DNA of 64,000 nucleotides from Calcarisporiella thermophila CBS 279.70 (Eukaryota; Fungi; Calcarisporiellomycota). Shown in pieces: positions 51,363 through 64,000 of this stretch. The notes beneath the pieces were generated by a model that saw nothing but the letters and a program-made list of their open reading frames with translations, did no database searches and was not told the DNA's origin. The stretch lies in assembly GCF_041956535.1 (NCBI RefSeq), contig NW_027192198.1:631982-695981 (forward strand), in the 5' to 3' direction. Within the stretch, counting starts at the first letter, position 1; every line of letters begins with the position of its first letter. Made by a program: the position numbers and the translations under genes.

Positions 51363-52695
51363 TCATCCCTCCAAGTATTGCCGTAAATATCTCTTATATA
51401 GGCTCGTCAGTTGCTCAAAGAACACGAAAGTGAAAATGGTATGTGGCCTAATGGTTAAACATGCCAAGTTAATATACAAAGCTTAGCCCCCCGTCTTATT
51501 GCAATAGAGGTGACACAAAATAGTTACCCTATCCGAGCATACTGGGCCGTGAATCCTTTATAAAGACCAAAGAATCCCTCTGCTCTCAGCGTTTTTACCA
51601 TACAATCCAACGGATTACGATACAGAGTTCCTTTACCCGTGATAGGATCCGTCTTTTGATTGTACATTCGGGTACTGACCACATCGAAAGGTTGCATCAC
51701 ACAACACACGAAAATACCACTAATGAGGGAGGATGAGACGTGTGCGTAGATGTTGTCTGCACAAAGGTTGGACTGAAGGATTTTAGATTTGACGTAACCT
51801 AAAAATAGTAATTTTTCATATTTGTTTAGATCTAAAAGGGAGGGAGAGACGAGAGAAGGCAGTGATGTGAAGGGATGCCAATTACCGTAGGTCGGAAGCT
51901 GCACAGCCGAACCCACTGCCGTTCGCAACATAGCTGCATCCACTCCCCGGAACCACCCACGTATCCCATCTGTCTTCCAGATTTCACGCAAAGCTGCCAC
52001 GGAATTTCGATAATAGTGCTGATGACCCACTCCAGCGTGTTGTGAGTACGATTGCATTCGTGTTTTGACCAGGAAGAGAGGAGACCCAAATGCAGCCCCG
52101 ATAAGGCCGGAAGAGGCGCCGGAGAGCATGTTGACAAGCGTATGATGCTTAGTAGGATCGTTACCTAACAGATCGTTATAGGTATGCTTGATGGGCTCGT
52201 AGAAACCTAATCGGGCGCCGTTCATCATTATCTGATAGCCATCTAACCAGAAAGTTGGTGAAAAAACAAAAATTAACATATGCGCGCATAGTTCTGCATC
52301 CCAACAAAGCTATGAAACTTACAAGCTGGTCCTAACCCTTTCTGAATCCCTCTAATGCCCTCATTCTTAAAAATGAGAATGGCAGCCTGGAAGAGATTTG
52401 TATATGGCTTTGGTACATTCTTAGTGCCAGAGGCGGTACGCGCCAGTTCACCTTGAAGCTGGAGGCGGGTTTTTACAACCTGTACAAAAAGCACATACTA
52501 TTATTCAATCATGCTATCGATTGTATGCTGAATTATGACTACCTCCATGGGATTGGTGAGTGTCACAGCACAGCATGCAGCAACTGCGCCAATCATAAAG
52601 CCAATGGCCGACTGTTTTGCGCGGCTAGTCTGGGGCTTGATAATCTGCGTTTCAGGCTGAGCAATGGTAGCTGAGGAAGTAGTCGTCTGCGACAT
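51363..52695 (-). CDS. OAC1: Mitochondrial oxaloacetate/sulfate carrier, 4 introns
   Basis: NPMEVVKTRLQLQGEL, GIQKGLGPAYGYQ..MNG.RLGFYEP, SPLFLVKTRMQS, PFDVVSTRMYNQ, RIGPHTI. Confidence 0.88.
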
Positions 52696-53342
52696 GTTGC
52701 AAAATTATAGGATATAGCAATAGGAATAATAGCAAGAATAGTATTCTATACAACAAAGAAAATAGGAACAAATAGTTATAGAATGTCAAGTAAACCTGAG
52801 AAATGAAGAGTCTATTAATTATAAATAGAGGTAATAATGATAAATACAAGAAGGAGAATAAAGAGATGTGGAGTAAAGAATTCTCTGTTTCCAATGTAAG
52901 AGAGAATTGGGCACCGAAACAGAACAGTATCAAGGATTCAGAGGAGGAATAATGCCTTCCTCATTATCTTCTCGTCATTAGCAATTCCAGCTCCAATTAC
53001 AAAATCGGTTTGGATGGTCAAGTGGAGAACAACAGTCAAGATTACAAAGCCATGAAATACGAGCGAAAAGTTAACAGAAAAATTTCAGAAGCTTGAAAAT
53101 TTTTTAACAACAATACGCGACACGGCCAAATTTTAGGGGATAGACTGAGTATCTTATCGCCCCCTCCCCTTTCTCTCTCTTTCATACTTTTTTCATCTTA
53201 AGGTAAGCTCACCATTGTTGATACTAAAATTGATCGGCGTTCTCGTGCCAATTAGGCATCTTGAGAATCATTAAGAATCATTCTCATCATCCTTGATTTT
53301 TCTTACTATTTTCCATCTTATTAGCCTTTATTCCGACAGAAT

Positions 53343-53921
53343 ATGCCCAAGGCCAAAAGCACCACCAAATCAACGCGCAAGTCGAAAGCGGAAGGGGGCG
53401 TCCGAAAGCGTGCCAAGAAGGACCCTAATGCTCCCAAACGCAATCTCACCGCATATATGATGTTTGTGCAACAGCAGCGCAAGGTTGTTCAGCAGGAAAA
53501 TCCCACTGTCTCATTTGGTAATGCCTATTTTTCCCCTGTGGCCTTTTTTATCTCAGACACTATTTATTGAGCACGGAGAATACACCATACCATTTGGCTA
53601 ACCATTCGACAAAATTTTGTGATTTTCTAGGTCAAATTGGAAAAATTCTCGGTGAAAAGTGGAAAAACTTGGAGGAAGATGAAAAGAAAAAATACGTGAA
53701 AATGGCCGAGAAAGACAAAGAGCGTTACGAGAAGCAGAAATCCGAATACGAGGTAGTCAACCGATATAAAGTACACATTGAAAATAACTACTTACTGTAA
53801 CTTCCCCCCCCCTCCCTCCACTCCTACAATTGCAATACAGGCCAACAAGCATGATGCTGCAGATGATAAGGCCGATGAAGAGGTAGATGAGGAAGACGAG
53901 GAAGACGAGGATGACGAATAA
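53343..53921 (+). CDS. NHP6: Non-histone chromatin HMG-box protein with acidic tail
   Basis: [24 protein letters not shown]|[11 protein letters not shown]; 2 coding introns plus a probable 5'-UTR intron ~53202-53324. Confidence 0.88.
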
Positions 53922-54210
53922 GTGGTTTTGCAAGCGTTTCTGCTGAACTGAAATACCTTTGTTCTATCTGTTCTTGATAAATGTGCTATTAGTTTGGCCT
54001 TATTTTTTTTCTATTATTGTTGGGTGCCTTTTTTTTTCCTTCCATTTTACAGTATTCAATGCGTGGAGATTCTACACTGGTATAATAATAAATGATAATA
54101 CCCATAAAACACGACTTGCTGCGCCTCATTAACTTCCCCTGTTCTAAATTTCAAACAACGGAAATCTCGTGATCACTGACAATAGTAAACTTTCTAGGAT
54201 CTCAGCAGAT

Positions 54211-54819
54211 ATGTACTCCATAGCGCTGCGTGCCGTACGACTTTCATCCGTGAGTTATTGCTCTAATATATTTATGGATTGATGGCGATGAATTCGTGAG
54301 AGCACTAATTATAATGTCTTGAATGCAGACACTCAGATACGCTGTCAGGCCTACTCCGAAGATGGCTGTGCGGGCATTCACTGCTAGTTCTGTGACAAAA
54401 CAAGGCATGCTAGCAATGTTCTCTTTATTTTTCATTGCATTGTCGTTAACACTTTCTAATGGATAACCCAGATTTGGTCCAGGACTTGTACATCAAGCAG
54501 CTCAAAACCTTTAAGCCTGCCGCTGAGGTAGATAGATACTTTTAATATCTTCCCCCCCCCCCCCCTTCGCTTATTTTGCTCTTGTTTTCATGAATAGGCG
54601 AAGGGAGCGGAAATTGGTCAAGTGAAGGAGCTTCACGTCCCCTCTGCTCCTCAACCCCCAAAACTGGAAGAAGATTTGACCGCCGACCTCCAGGCATACC
54701 AACAAGAGGATCCAGTGGCCGTCTCAGTGGCCAATGAAGAAGATCAAGTTGAGGAGGAATATGCAGATATCTTCGAGGAGGCATTAAAAGATGAAGAAGA
54801 GGAGACCGAAGGACACTAG
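54211..54819 (+). CDS. ATP14: Mitochondrial ATP synthase subunit h
   Basis: Arg-rich presequence, DLVQDLYIKQLK.FKP, GQVKEL..P.APQPP, acidic C-terminus; 3 introns, one of them GC-AG. Confidence 0.8.
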
Positions 54820-55197
54820 TCAACTCTTTACAATGTAAATTTTTATGCTATTTTATTTAAAATAGATCCTTGATTCAATACTCAGTATGCCGTCATCATT
54901 GGTATTGCTACAGCCTAATTTATTGAAAGGGGATATTGAATGACCCATCCAAAAAAAAAAATTATCATATTTTTAAAAGGATAAATCTCGAAATTGATGA
55001 AGAGTGGGAATCCAGATGCAACTGAAGTAGGGATTAACAAGAAAGAAAGAGATTAAAAATTGAATTAAACAACATTCCATTGAATTTGTATGAAAAATTA
55101 AATGAGAATGCTAGGTCAAACAAAAATATGTACAGCAGAAAATTATAGGGGAGGGGGAGGGAACGGTGAGTTGAGAATATAAAAAAGGGACTCTAAT

Positions 55198-55443
55198 CTA
55201 CATGCAGATGCCGCTATTAATATTCCGTCCATTGGTTCGCCATACCCAGCAGCAGATAGTCAGGACAAGGACTGCGACGAGCAGTGCGCAAGCTCCTACG
55301 AAAAACTTGGAAGTGCCATCGTCATCGAAGAATCCTCTTTCAGTTAGGTCGACGACGCGATGCGGTTTGGCGAGGACCATCCGTAGCGAATAGAGAAGAT
55401 AGAGGCTAATCAGATTAGGGCCAGATGGGAATTGCCTTGTCAT
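55198..55443 (-). CDS. Putative 81-aa single-pass membrane microprotein
   Basis: ATG with A at -3, hydrophobic N-terminus (LISLYLLYSLRMVLA), TM helix FFVGACALLVAVLVLTICCWVW followed by a basic residue. Confidence 0.5.
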   Translation of the reverse strand: MTRQFPSGPNLISLYLLYSLRMVLAKPHRVVDLTERGFFDDDGTSKFFVGACALLVAVLVLTICCWVWRTNGRNINSGICM

Positions 55444-56620
55444 TATTGTTGACAATTGGAGGAAAGAAGGTGGGAAGTCCAAAACCGACAGTTCCTAATT
55501 AATATTAATTATTGTGACAGCCAATAGTAGCATGAATGCAATAGTTGCACCTACCCCCACTTTTTTCCCCGCTCATTCTTGCCTTAATCGATGGACAGTT
55601 TTATTCTTCGCAGTGTTTGGAGAAAGCCGCAAGCGCTCATAAGGGTTAGTGCAGTTTGAATTGAATAAATTTGCGCATCCAGAGATTAGTGAACCGACAA
55701 TTCAATAGACTCTACTGTGCCCGAATCTGGACAATGGGCTGCGTCCATTCGAGAACAATTAAACTTTGTGTGCTCTCCCGAAGGCGAATTGCTGCAGCGT
55801 GGGGCTCAGGGTTTCTATTTAAATGCAAGCTCAGTTGTATATTGTATTCAGCCAATTCAATACATTTGTTTTCAAGTTACATGATACAATTAGAAAAAAA
55901 TAGCCGTGTATATGAGCTCCTTCTTTTTGCCGGTGCTATTTCACGCCCTTTTTCCTTGAAGCTTTAAATCCGACTCATACTAGGCTCGCAGCATTCTACA
56001 TTGGGCTTGGAGTGGATGAAGTACTACGACTCTGCATTCCATTCTTCATTGGTACAGCTAGCAAACCCCTTCAACCATACTCCCAGCTGAATGTGCAGTG
56101 CCTCGGTTTGTACGAGTTATAACAAACTAAATTTGTTAATAGGTAAACAGGTATGAATAAAAACGTGTGGCATGGCCCTGTATGGGTTAGGAGACTGTAG
56201 TCCCTTCCCCCCTTCCTTATGAATAGACAGTCTGCTTTCAGGCCTACGCGATCCCTCTTAACCAAATAGAGAAGCTTGCATCCTGCATCGAGTACAATAG
56301 TGCAGATACGTTGGGTGCTTTCCTCTTCTCTGCTTTGTATTAGATTTCTGAACAAAATGTGGAGAGAATCAGTGGGATATTTGAAGCAGTATGAATTGAA
56401 ATACATTCGTAGTAAACGAATGTATTTCCATTCATTCTGCTTTACAGCTGCCCATCGAGGTGCAAGAGCAGGCATAAAAGAAAGCTTACACAATATTGGC
56501 GGTATTTAATAGAACAGAGGAAACAAGAAATCTTACACAAATTACACGTATTAGTAGTAAAACTCGGTACGACAATGGACCCGTCCTTACATAAGGTCAC
56601 CCAAAGTAGAGGAGCGTTAC

Positions 56621-59253
56621 TCAACGCGCGATTTTATCATAACAAGCCACTTGTCTAGTATGCCCCCAATGTTTCCCTTTATCATGTTGATTCCAGGGTG
56701 GTCCATTCCGGCTCCTAGGGTAGCCGGTTTCCTTTGCCTCCTGCAGCGACACTTGCTTTGACGGCACCATACTCGAGGGATCTGCGGAGGTGCGGGGTGT
56801 ACGATTAGGCCACTTCGGGTGATCCTTTTGCCACGAAAGGGGCGATGGCTTCGAGGACTTTGGTAGATCGTCCGAAAATTCCCTGCCCATAGCACGGGAT
56901 TCATGTTGCAGCCGTGTCAGCGGGTTCTTGAATTTGCACTCGCTACGGGATGAGGCACTTTCGCAGAGGTCGAGACTCGGCGAAGCCGTTTTATCCGCAC
57001 ACTGGCGATGGTTCCATCGTTTCTTAGTTTTGTTCTTTCGCTCGCTCTTATTCTCATGGGTATTCAATGGGATATCCCACTGTGCTCTGGGTGTGTGGCG
57101 GCTCTTGAGCATATCCTGGACACCGAAAGAGCCGAGGATCCGGTTTGATTGCCCTTGCTGATGCGTATCTTGAAGAATAGGTAGAGCTAACCTATTATAC
57201 CCTGGGTCACTAGTGGGATCCAGGTCAGCTGAAGGGGTATCTTGGACGCTAGGAGTTGGGACATTTCTTCTGCGAGGTGATTTTTTTTCTGCTCGATTCC
57301 ACCTCCCATTAGCAGCCTGCTGGAGTTCTCTAACCGAACCTTCACTTGTGCTACGCCCACTGATAATTCTATCGCCATCGTCTTCACCCTGCTTTGTTAT
57401 GCCTTTGGCGCAGTGAGCATCGGGAGACCCTACTCCCCAATACTGATTGCCTTTTGATTGAGGATTTCGCTGCCGATTGCCTCCAGAAATGGGAGGTGGC
57501 CACGGACGACCAGAAGACGTACCATTCTTTCTGTTCTTAGAACGGTCAAGTGCAGGCAAACTCGAATGGTCATTTTCGTCGCCCTTTATTTGCTTATACC
57601 ACAGCTGTTGCTCTTGCGGTTTGTGCAATGGTAGGGGTGACGGTTGAGTATGGACTGGGCTGGAAACATGTTTCGGGGGATTACCCAGTAGCCAAAGATC
57701 TCCGGCCCTCTTCCTTTCAGCGGGATCATTTTTCAAGCCCGATGCGTTCGTATCGAGTAGAGACGGGGGATCGCCCCAAGAATCCTCTCTCAATGCAGCT
57801 GTTGGCACTGGGGTATTCGTCTCATGACGCCACTCCTCATAGGTCATTGGGAGTAATGTGGGCGGAAAGGGAGGATATGCCGAGGCGAGCATATGATCAT
57901 GGGTGCTATTTCGACGCATGTCATCGTAAACTTCGACATGAATATCTCTGGTGTCCCAAGCCACATTTGTACTATTTCTCTGGGAAGCTGCTAATTTGGA
58001 AGAGTATTGTGGGGGCATCTTGACTAGGACAGATCCCTTTCCGTCGCCGAGCGCAGATCTACCATAAAAAAAAACAAGGTTAGTTAAGGAGAAGTTTCAA
58101 ATCTAATCTGTATTGAGAATACTGACTTTATAAGATGCCTCAAATGGGCATAGTTAGGAGTATCCTGATAACGAAGCGCGCGCGTATATTTCAAATAATC
58201 TACGAATGCCCTTGGCAAACCGTCGCATAGTTCTTCTAGAGCCATGCTCTCTTTCAAACACTTCATCTTTGCCCAACCCTGCCTCGGGCTGAAGGCGGAA
58301 ACTCCAGCCCAAGGCAATTCACCCGTCAGCATTTCTATCAGCACATAGGCGACCGACTCCACATCATCGCGACGACTGTGCCCATCACCGCGATGAACAT
58401 TAAGACTTGCATAGAGTGCCGTTCCGGTCTTGTTTTTGATGCGATGGCGACGTGGTATGTGGTGCCCTGTGATCGGATCGCGGTAGTACCTTGTGAGGCC
58501 AAAATCAATGATGTGCAGCTTTGTGAAGTCGCGGGGCTGGTCCCAAAATGGGTTCCTTGCCCGATCTCCTTGAAAATCCGTTCCAGACGGTGATCCAGGG
58601 AGGATAAATTGAGAGCCTAACAGAAAATTGTCAGGCTTAACATCACGGTAAACCAATCCGCACGAATGAACATGTTCAAGAAGCGAAATCTACGAGGTAG
58701 AGGTATGCTCCATTAGGTCCTGATGGAATGAGCAAGGGATAGCTAGCTATTTACTATTTGAATACCCAGATCCACCACGATGTCCAATTCGACTCTACCC
58801 CCCATGGCCCACTTGAACTGTTTCAAATCCGGGCCGAGGAGTTCGAGTGCGATGATATAGTAGGGCGAATCTTGGCCAAACCAAAAGCATCGTGGAATTC
58901 CTTCTAAAAGAATGTTGAAGAGGAGATGAATGAGATTATCGCCCAAGTCAGAGAGATATCTATCGAGACGCACCTCTGCCCTTCAATTTTTCATAAATTT
59001 CATATTCGTGCCTGAGCTGGGGTTCTCCATCTTTAATGAGCTCTCGTTTAATAGCAACCCATTTTCCACTCTGAACATCCTGGGCTAGATTAATGAAGAA
59101 ATAAATATCGTCAAGATCTCTTGGAATTGGCCCTTCATTCGATAGCCTTGATATCCGCAAAAAAGTGGCATTACCTCGAAATACCTCTCCGAATGATCCC
59201 TCACCAATCCTATTCAGAATAAGCCAACGGTCTTTGATAATAACCTGTGACAT
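56621..59253 (-). CDS. Casein kinase I-like Ser/Thr kinase with ~480-aa disordered C-terminal tail, 4 introns
   Basis: IGEGSFGEVF, VAIKRE, LELLGP, VYRDVKPDNFL, IIDFGL, GTALYASLNVH, SRRDDVES; AA|GTCAGT..TAG|A joins the kinase to ORF 56621-58018 in frame. Confidence 0.87.
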
Positions 59254-61403
59254 AAGCTAGCAGGTGATACCGAATGGTACTAAACAAGTAGCACTGAAAT
59301 GGCAAAAAGAAAAGACAATTGACAAAAATGGCGTCAACGAAAAGGATTGGAGAGGAATATGAAAAAAGAAACTATGCCTAGCTTCTTAAGAAGGCGGTCA
59401 TAAATGCCAATATATATAAATGAATAGCAAAATGAAGCAGATTGAAAAAAAAAAATGGAGACAAAGAAGCCAAGTCGATGCTAGTGAAGCCCTAAAACCT
59501 AAGTGAGATTGCTAATTGGTCTTGGGGCATCACAAGCTCAACAGGGCGGCGAGAAAAGGAAGAGAATTTGAAGCCCTTTTCGATGATAAACAGGGAAGAG
59601 GGCCAAGCTAGGATTGGGTGCCGCTAGGTCAGGCAGATTAAGCGAGGGGATATAGCAGATAGGAGAATGCACTTAGTTCACTGCTAGTTCCAACTGTGAT
59701 AGCGATAATGTGGCAACCAAAATATAAAATATCCTTAATAGTTTAAGCCACCGCCTAAATTCCAGCAGGAGAGGGCGTGAGGTTAAAGTTTTCTCAACCA
59801 CGTTTAGACAAACTGGTATAACTCTCTCAACATTATACAAATATAATATGGATTCTCAACCAAGTCTATCTGTGGGACAGTTCAAACTCAGTAGAATACC
59901 CTCCCACCAGCAGCGATTCGTTTAAGTATTTTATTCGAAAGTAGAAAAAGAGGAAGGTTTCTACATCCTATTACTTTCCTCTAAGCATTTGGTTTATTGA
60001 GCACATTGTGCTTTGATAAGGTCCTCTATCTTAGCTGATTTATTGCGCCCTGGCCAAGCAGACATCCTTATAGGTCGGAAATGCCTGTCCTATTGGCGAT
60101 ATGCCAAACTGCAGCCTGCTTCCTTCTGAATTCCGAGGAATATCACTCGATAGACAAGTAAAAGGGAAGACCTGTTGGATTATTCTCCAGTGCGTCGGCT
60201 GTTAGATTTTCTTTTTGGAACCGGTATGCGGGCGCGAAAGCATGCACTGAAAATCGAAACTGTAGATAGATGGATGTCTAAGGAAGATCCAGGGATGACT
60301 TGCTGGCATAGGGCTGTCTTTGAGATTTATAGGGTTAGTTTGCGAGTGGGGTGTCCTAAAGTTTATCCAAACTCTCCACTATGAAGAGACCTGCTCTAGA
60401 TGTGGGGATTTCTGTTTGGTGGGCTTACGACAGTGGGCACATACGCTCTCATCCTCGCTTTTCAGCCCATCTCTTCTCTATTTACACCATTTTATTCTTA
60501 TTGTTCACTACCGAAAACACTGGGCCTTGTGACACGAGCGCTATGCAGAAAGCGAAGAAAGTGATTTTCTAGTGCGAGGCTTTTGCCCCATCGATCTAGG
60601 CCTAGCTTTCTGTAGAAGACATTCGTAACTTTTTTCGACGAACTTTCCACGCGTTCTATTGTCTGATACTCGTCCTATTTTGGTAAATCAGTTGGCGCGA
60701 CAAACTCGGGAACCCCCACTTGTTTCTGTGTCGGGTCTTGGCTGCAAAACTTAGATATATACAGCCCTAAATAAACTTGGATTTGTTGGCCTTTTTTTTT
60801 TGCAAGCATCAGCATTGAATCGCACCATGGAAAAGAAATTGCTTATCAGTCATTATTCCCACGAGCACAAATCCACGATTGAGAAACTAAAGAAAAAACT
60901 ACGCCAAGTGTGCGATGATCCACAGCAACTCAAGACACGCCTCAAGGGATTTGCAGGATTGGGTGGGGCTGGATCACCAGAGGCCTACCACCAGGATGGC
61001 AAAACAGGTCCCGAATGAGCACACTAGTTTTAATTTTTTTTATTTAGCATCAATAACCTCCACATTCATTCATTTCTCTCAATACTCCAGCCGTAGCATT
61101 TCATCCTAGAATACATTGTGTACATTTCCATTTGACATTATCAACCTGCGATTGTATTTCCAACAAGAATGTATTTTTTTTTCCTCTCTTCAGCCTGAAA
61201 TGAATTGAGTCATGAATAAATGTTATAAATGAAACGTATGAGCAAACAATAAAAAAAAAAATCTATAAAATAAAACTTCAAGTATAAAATAAAAAGATAG
61301 CTCTCGAACTGTACATGCTAGGGAAGAATGAAAGATTACAAAAGAAATGAAGCAAAGGGAGCTAATGTTGGTGGGAGTTTTCATAAAGTTAGGATGGTGG
61401 ATT

Positions 61404-62189
61404 TTAGTCGCGTAGAGGAGCAAGCTCCAGCGATATTGGCTCATCCGTCCGGAACTCCATCAAACGCGACTGCGAGCTTCTAGTTTGACAAGTAGGGAGC
61501 GGCAGCACCCGACATGTTGGCGAGTCGCTTGCAAGAAGGTCCACAATCCTCGGGGCTCTCGTGGCGAAAATGTTTTCTGGTGTGTGCTCCATTAAGAGGG
61601 GCGAGGGAGGTCCTGAAATGATGGAGGAGGGCGACACAAGATTCAGCCGTGGGACGCCACTGGAATTTCGAATACGCGCGCTTAACAGCGGGGAGGTTTC
61701 GGGTGTAAACATGGGGATCATATCGTTGCTGCTTTCCGAGTCGGAGAGGGTGTTTCCGAAATGAAGCGGCTCCATTCCAGGGGATTGCACTGGAGTTAAA
61801 GGAGCATCTGCTCGTCCCTGCGGCTGTTTTTTCTTTGAAGGCATCTCATGGAGCCTTACGGTCAGAGTGTTTCCGCCCTTTTGCCGGCGCGGATTCGTAT
61901 GAACACGGGAATGCCGTCGTAATTCATCTGAACGAGAAAACCGCTTTTCACAGCCAGGAAATGAACAGCAATGAGGCTTCTCACCGGTGTGAGTGCGAAT
62001 GTGTCGTGTCTGGTGCTCAAGCCGAACAAATGCCTTTTCACAATAATGGCATTTGTATGGGCGATGGGACACTTGATGTTGTTTATCTAGGTTGGCGATG
62101 CCGGGGGGATTAATTAAGCTAGATGAAGAGGATTCTTGGCGAGGGCCATTTGCTAATTCAAGGAGACTAAATGCTGCATCGAATGACAT
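61404..62189 (-). CDS. creA: CreA/Mig1-type C2H2 zinc-finger carbon catabolite repressor
   Basis: [50 protein letters not shown]; FTPETSP; terminal LAPLR motif. Confidence 0.85.
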   Translation of the reverse strand: MSFDAAFSLLELANGPRQESSSSSLINPPGIANLDKQHQVSHRPYKCHYCEKAFVRLEHQTRHIRTHTGEKPHCCSFPGCEKRFSRSDELRRHSRVHTNPRRQKGGNTLTVRLHEMPSKKKQPQGRADAPLTPVQSPGMEPLHFGNTLSDSESSNDMIPMFTPETSPLLSARIRNSSGVPRLNLVSPSSIISGPPSPLLMEHTPENIFATRAPRIVDLLASDSPTCRVLPLPTCQTRSSQSRLMEFRTDEPISLELAPLRD

Positions 62190-63532
62190 TGGTGATGGGG
62201 TGGATGCCGAGAGGGAAATACGAGGGCAAGCTGGATTGGGAGCAATTAGAGAATTAGAGAAAGAAGGGAGAAGGAGGGGGAAAACGGGAGTTTGGGGTTG
62301 GAAAACCTGAGTGGGATTTGCATAAGTGGGGAATTATGCTTAAAAATAATCAAGTACGCACGGGCTCGAGGACACGCTGGCGATGGAGGCCGAGGGGGAA
62401 AAAAGCGAAGCCTAAAATCTGTCTCAGCGATAGTTGGATTAGCGGTCGCATCTACCCAGATAGCCTTGCGGGAGTTATCGGATGGGGCAATAAAAAAGAG
62501 AAACCGCCTCGTCGCTCATTATCTCTGGGCTTAAGTCGCATTACCGATTTAACAGAATTTGTGTGAGCGGGTCGCGGCTGTTCGGGGCAAGTCCCCATTT
62601 GGCAATGGGGGTCTTAGATTTGCATAAGATCAAGGAGCTTCCGCAGCCTTAGGTGTTAAGCGGAGGTTAGCTGGCGGAATTCCGGCCCAGCACAAATAGA
62701 TCGTGGCCAAGGTGAGCCAAATCACGCAAGAGCCCCCCGGCCGAATCGCGTCTCTCGTGACCACTCGCTACCAGTTTACTGTTTCCACTGTCTTCTTCTG
62801 GGCTCTCAGCTCGAGTATGCTATAGTGCAGGCGCAGAGAGCGGGCATTGCGCTCTCAAGGCTGAAAAGCTCTCGTCCTTCTCGATTCAGGCGCCTCGCTC
62901 CAAAATGCACTACTGAATTGAACAGGTAGGTTGGCGCGAGGAGTGTCTGAAAGTTAGTGTTCTAAGTTAACGGGCTCGATATCATCACGTAAAGTCTAGA
63001 TTTGGGAGAAGTTTTCTGCACCACCAGAAAAGCTGACGACGGCCCGATTCCAACTATTGAAACTTAACCATGTGGCCGAGAAAATAAACAGTATTAACAC
63101 GAGGATAATATTGAGCAGGAAATTGGAATTGGAATTGAGAAGTGGGAGTGGGAACCGGGAATTTCTGGGCTTGAGGCCTCCCCCGTCTTCAGTCTTACCG
63201 AGGGATTATCTTTCTATTAGCCTTGAGAAAGTAATTTTCATCAACACGAATCGTTTGCTATGCCACTCGTTCACCGGAATTTTCCTACTCTATTTATTTC
63301 GGTTGCAGATCCAGCGAATGGTGAGTGCATATTCACTCACCATTCGCTAATCAACAATATTTGATTAAATTAGTCTAGAATAAAAAAGTCGTTTACAAAA
63401 AACAGGCCTATCCATACAAAATGGATACAGTAGAAAACTTTATAGGGCAAAATAATTATATATCAATATCTTTCGGTGAAGCTGCAGACTCCAAAGGCCT
63501 GGTAAATAGGACTATTATAGAGGGAGTTTAAG

Positions 63533-64000
63533 TTAAGCACGTTTGGGGATGGTTTTGTTGATAATATCCTCAGTGATATCCCAGAGCTTCTTCGCAAGAT
63601 CATTATCTAGAGCTTGGGAAGTCGGGTGCGAGATCTTAGCAATGGGAGTGATATACTGACCGTGGATATCTCTCTCCACTATCTGTGGGCTGGTGGCGGC
63701 ATAAAGCTGGGTGAGAGAGCCTCTATCCGTGTCCATTCCGATAAATTTGCAAGTAAAATCAACCAGCGCCCGGAGAGGCGTCGTTCGCGTCAATTCACTC
63801 TTCACAAATCCCGGATGAACAGCGTTCACCCTAACGTCTTTCACTCCTCTCTCGCGCAGTATCCGATCGAGTTCTCGTGCAAAGAGCAAATTAGCCAGCT
63901 TCGAATAAGTATAATAAAGATATCGGCTATAGTTAGCCGAGTTGTTGATGTAGCTTGGCTCGTAGCTGAACTTGTGCAAACGCGCAGCTTTGTGGGCAAT
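63533..64000 (-). CDS. Short-chain dehydrogenase/reductase (retinol-DH/WWOX-like), 5' part outside the window
   Basis: YTYSK catalytic motif, LANLLFAREL, VNAVHPGFVKSEL, GSLTQLYAATSP, LAKKLW. Confidence 0.85.
   Translation of the reverse strand: MAHKAARLHKFSYEPSYINNSANYSRYLYYTYSKLANLLFARELDRILRERGVKDVRVNAVHPGFVKSELTRTTPLRALVDFTCKFIGMDTDRGSLTQLYAATSPQIVERDIHGQYITPIAKISHPTSQALDNDLAKKLWDITEDIINKTIPKRA

Noticed and set aside
53343-53921. HMG-box gene as a possible sexM/sexP mating-type locus
   Set aside because: The sequence is Nhp6-type (KKDPNAPKR, acidic tail), not MATA-HMG, and the flanking tptA and rnhA genes are absent.
60330-60338. CTAACCCTA on the minus strand as a telomerase RNA template
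   Set aside because: A 9-mer of some telomere permutation is expected by chance in 64 kb on two strands; no convincing pseudoknot nearby.
60800-61018. Short Lys-rich ORF (MEKKLLISHY...)
   Set aside because: Only ~63 codons from the ATG, no recognisable domain or promoter signal; cannot be supported without expression data.
1-64000. tRNA, rRNA, TPP riboswitch, hammerhead ribozyme, U12 introns, in-frame Sec TGA, transposase/RT, CRISPR
   Set aside because: A manual scan found no convincing consensus for any of them; tRNAscan-SE, Infernal and RepeatModeler would be needed to exclude them formally.

Overview
Gene-dense eukaryotic DNA from a fungus, most likely an early-diverging (Mucoromycota/Zoopagomycota-like) lineage; the taxon is inferred from short ~55-130 nt spliceosomal introns and the gene repertoire. 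About 27 protein-coding genes can be assembled by hand-splicing. In order: a bacterial-type pectin-lyase-fold protein (partial), FAT1-like acyl-CoA synthetase, WDR89, Pep12 syntaxin, a 508-N gap, CLEC16A/FPL protein, a small orphan, SFC1 carrier, RPP30, SCPx-type thiolase, Pho80-family cyclin, bZIP-DUF3425, NDT80/PhoG factor, two tandem GMC oxidoreductases, a DUF4097 membrane protein, a YTH m6A reader, an AA5 copper radical oxidase, a Uls1-like SNF2-RING, a degenerate frameshifted GH36-like gene, COX23, a two-RRM protein, OAC1, NHP6, ATP14, a membrane microprotein, a CK1-like kinase, CreA/Mig1 and an SDR (partial). I found no tRNA, rRNA, transposon or CRISPR. I cannot demonstrate a new multi-gene system. 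The best leads are the bacterial-like beta-helix gene, the GH36 pseudoenzyme with a -1 frame switch, a start codon split by an intron and preceded by uORFs, and an orphan gene with a TAATG stop/start overlap under a TGACGTG motif cluster. All family calls come from remembered motifs, not database searches.
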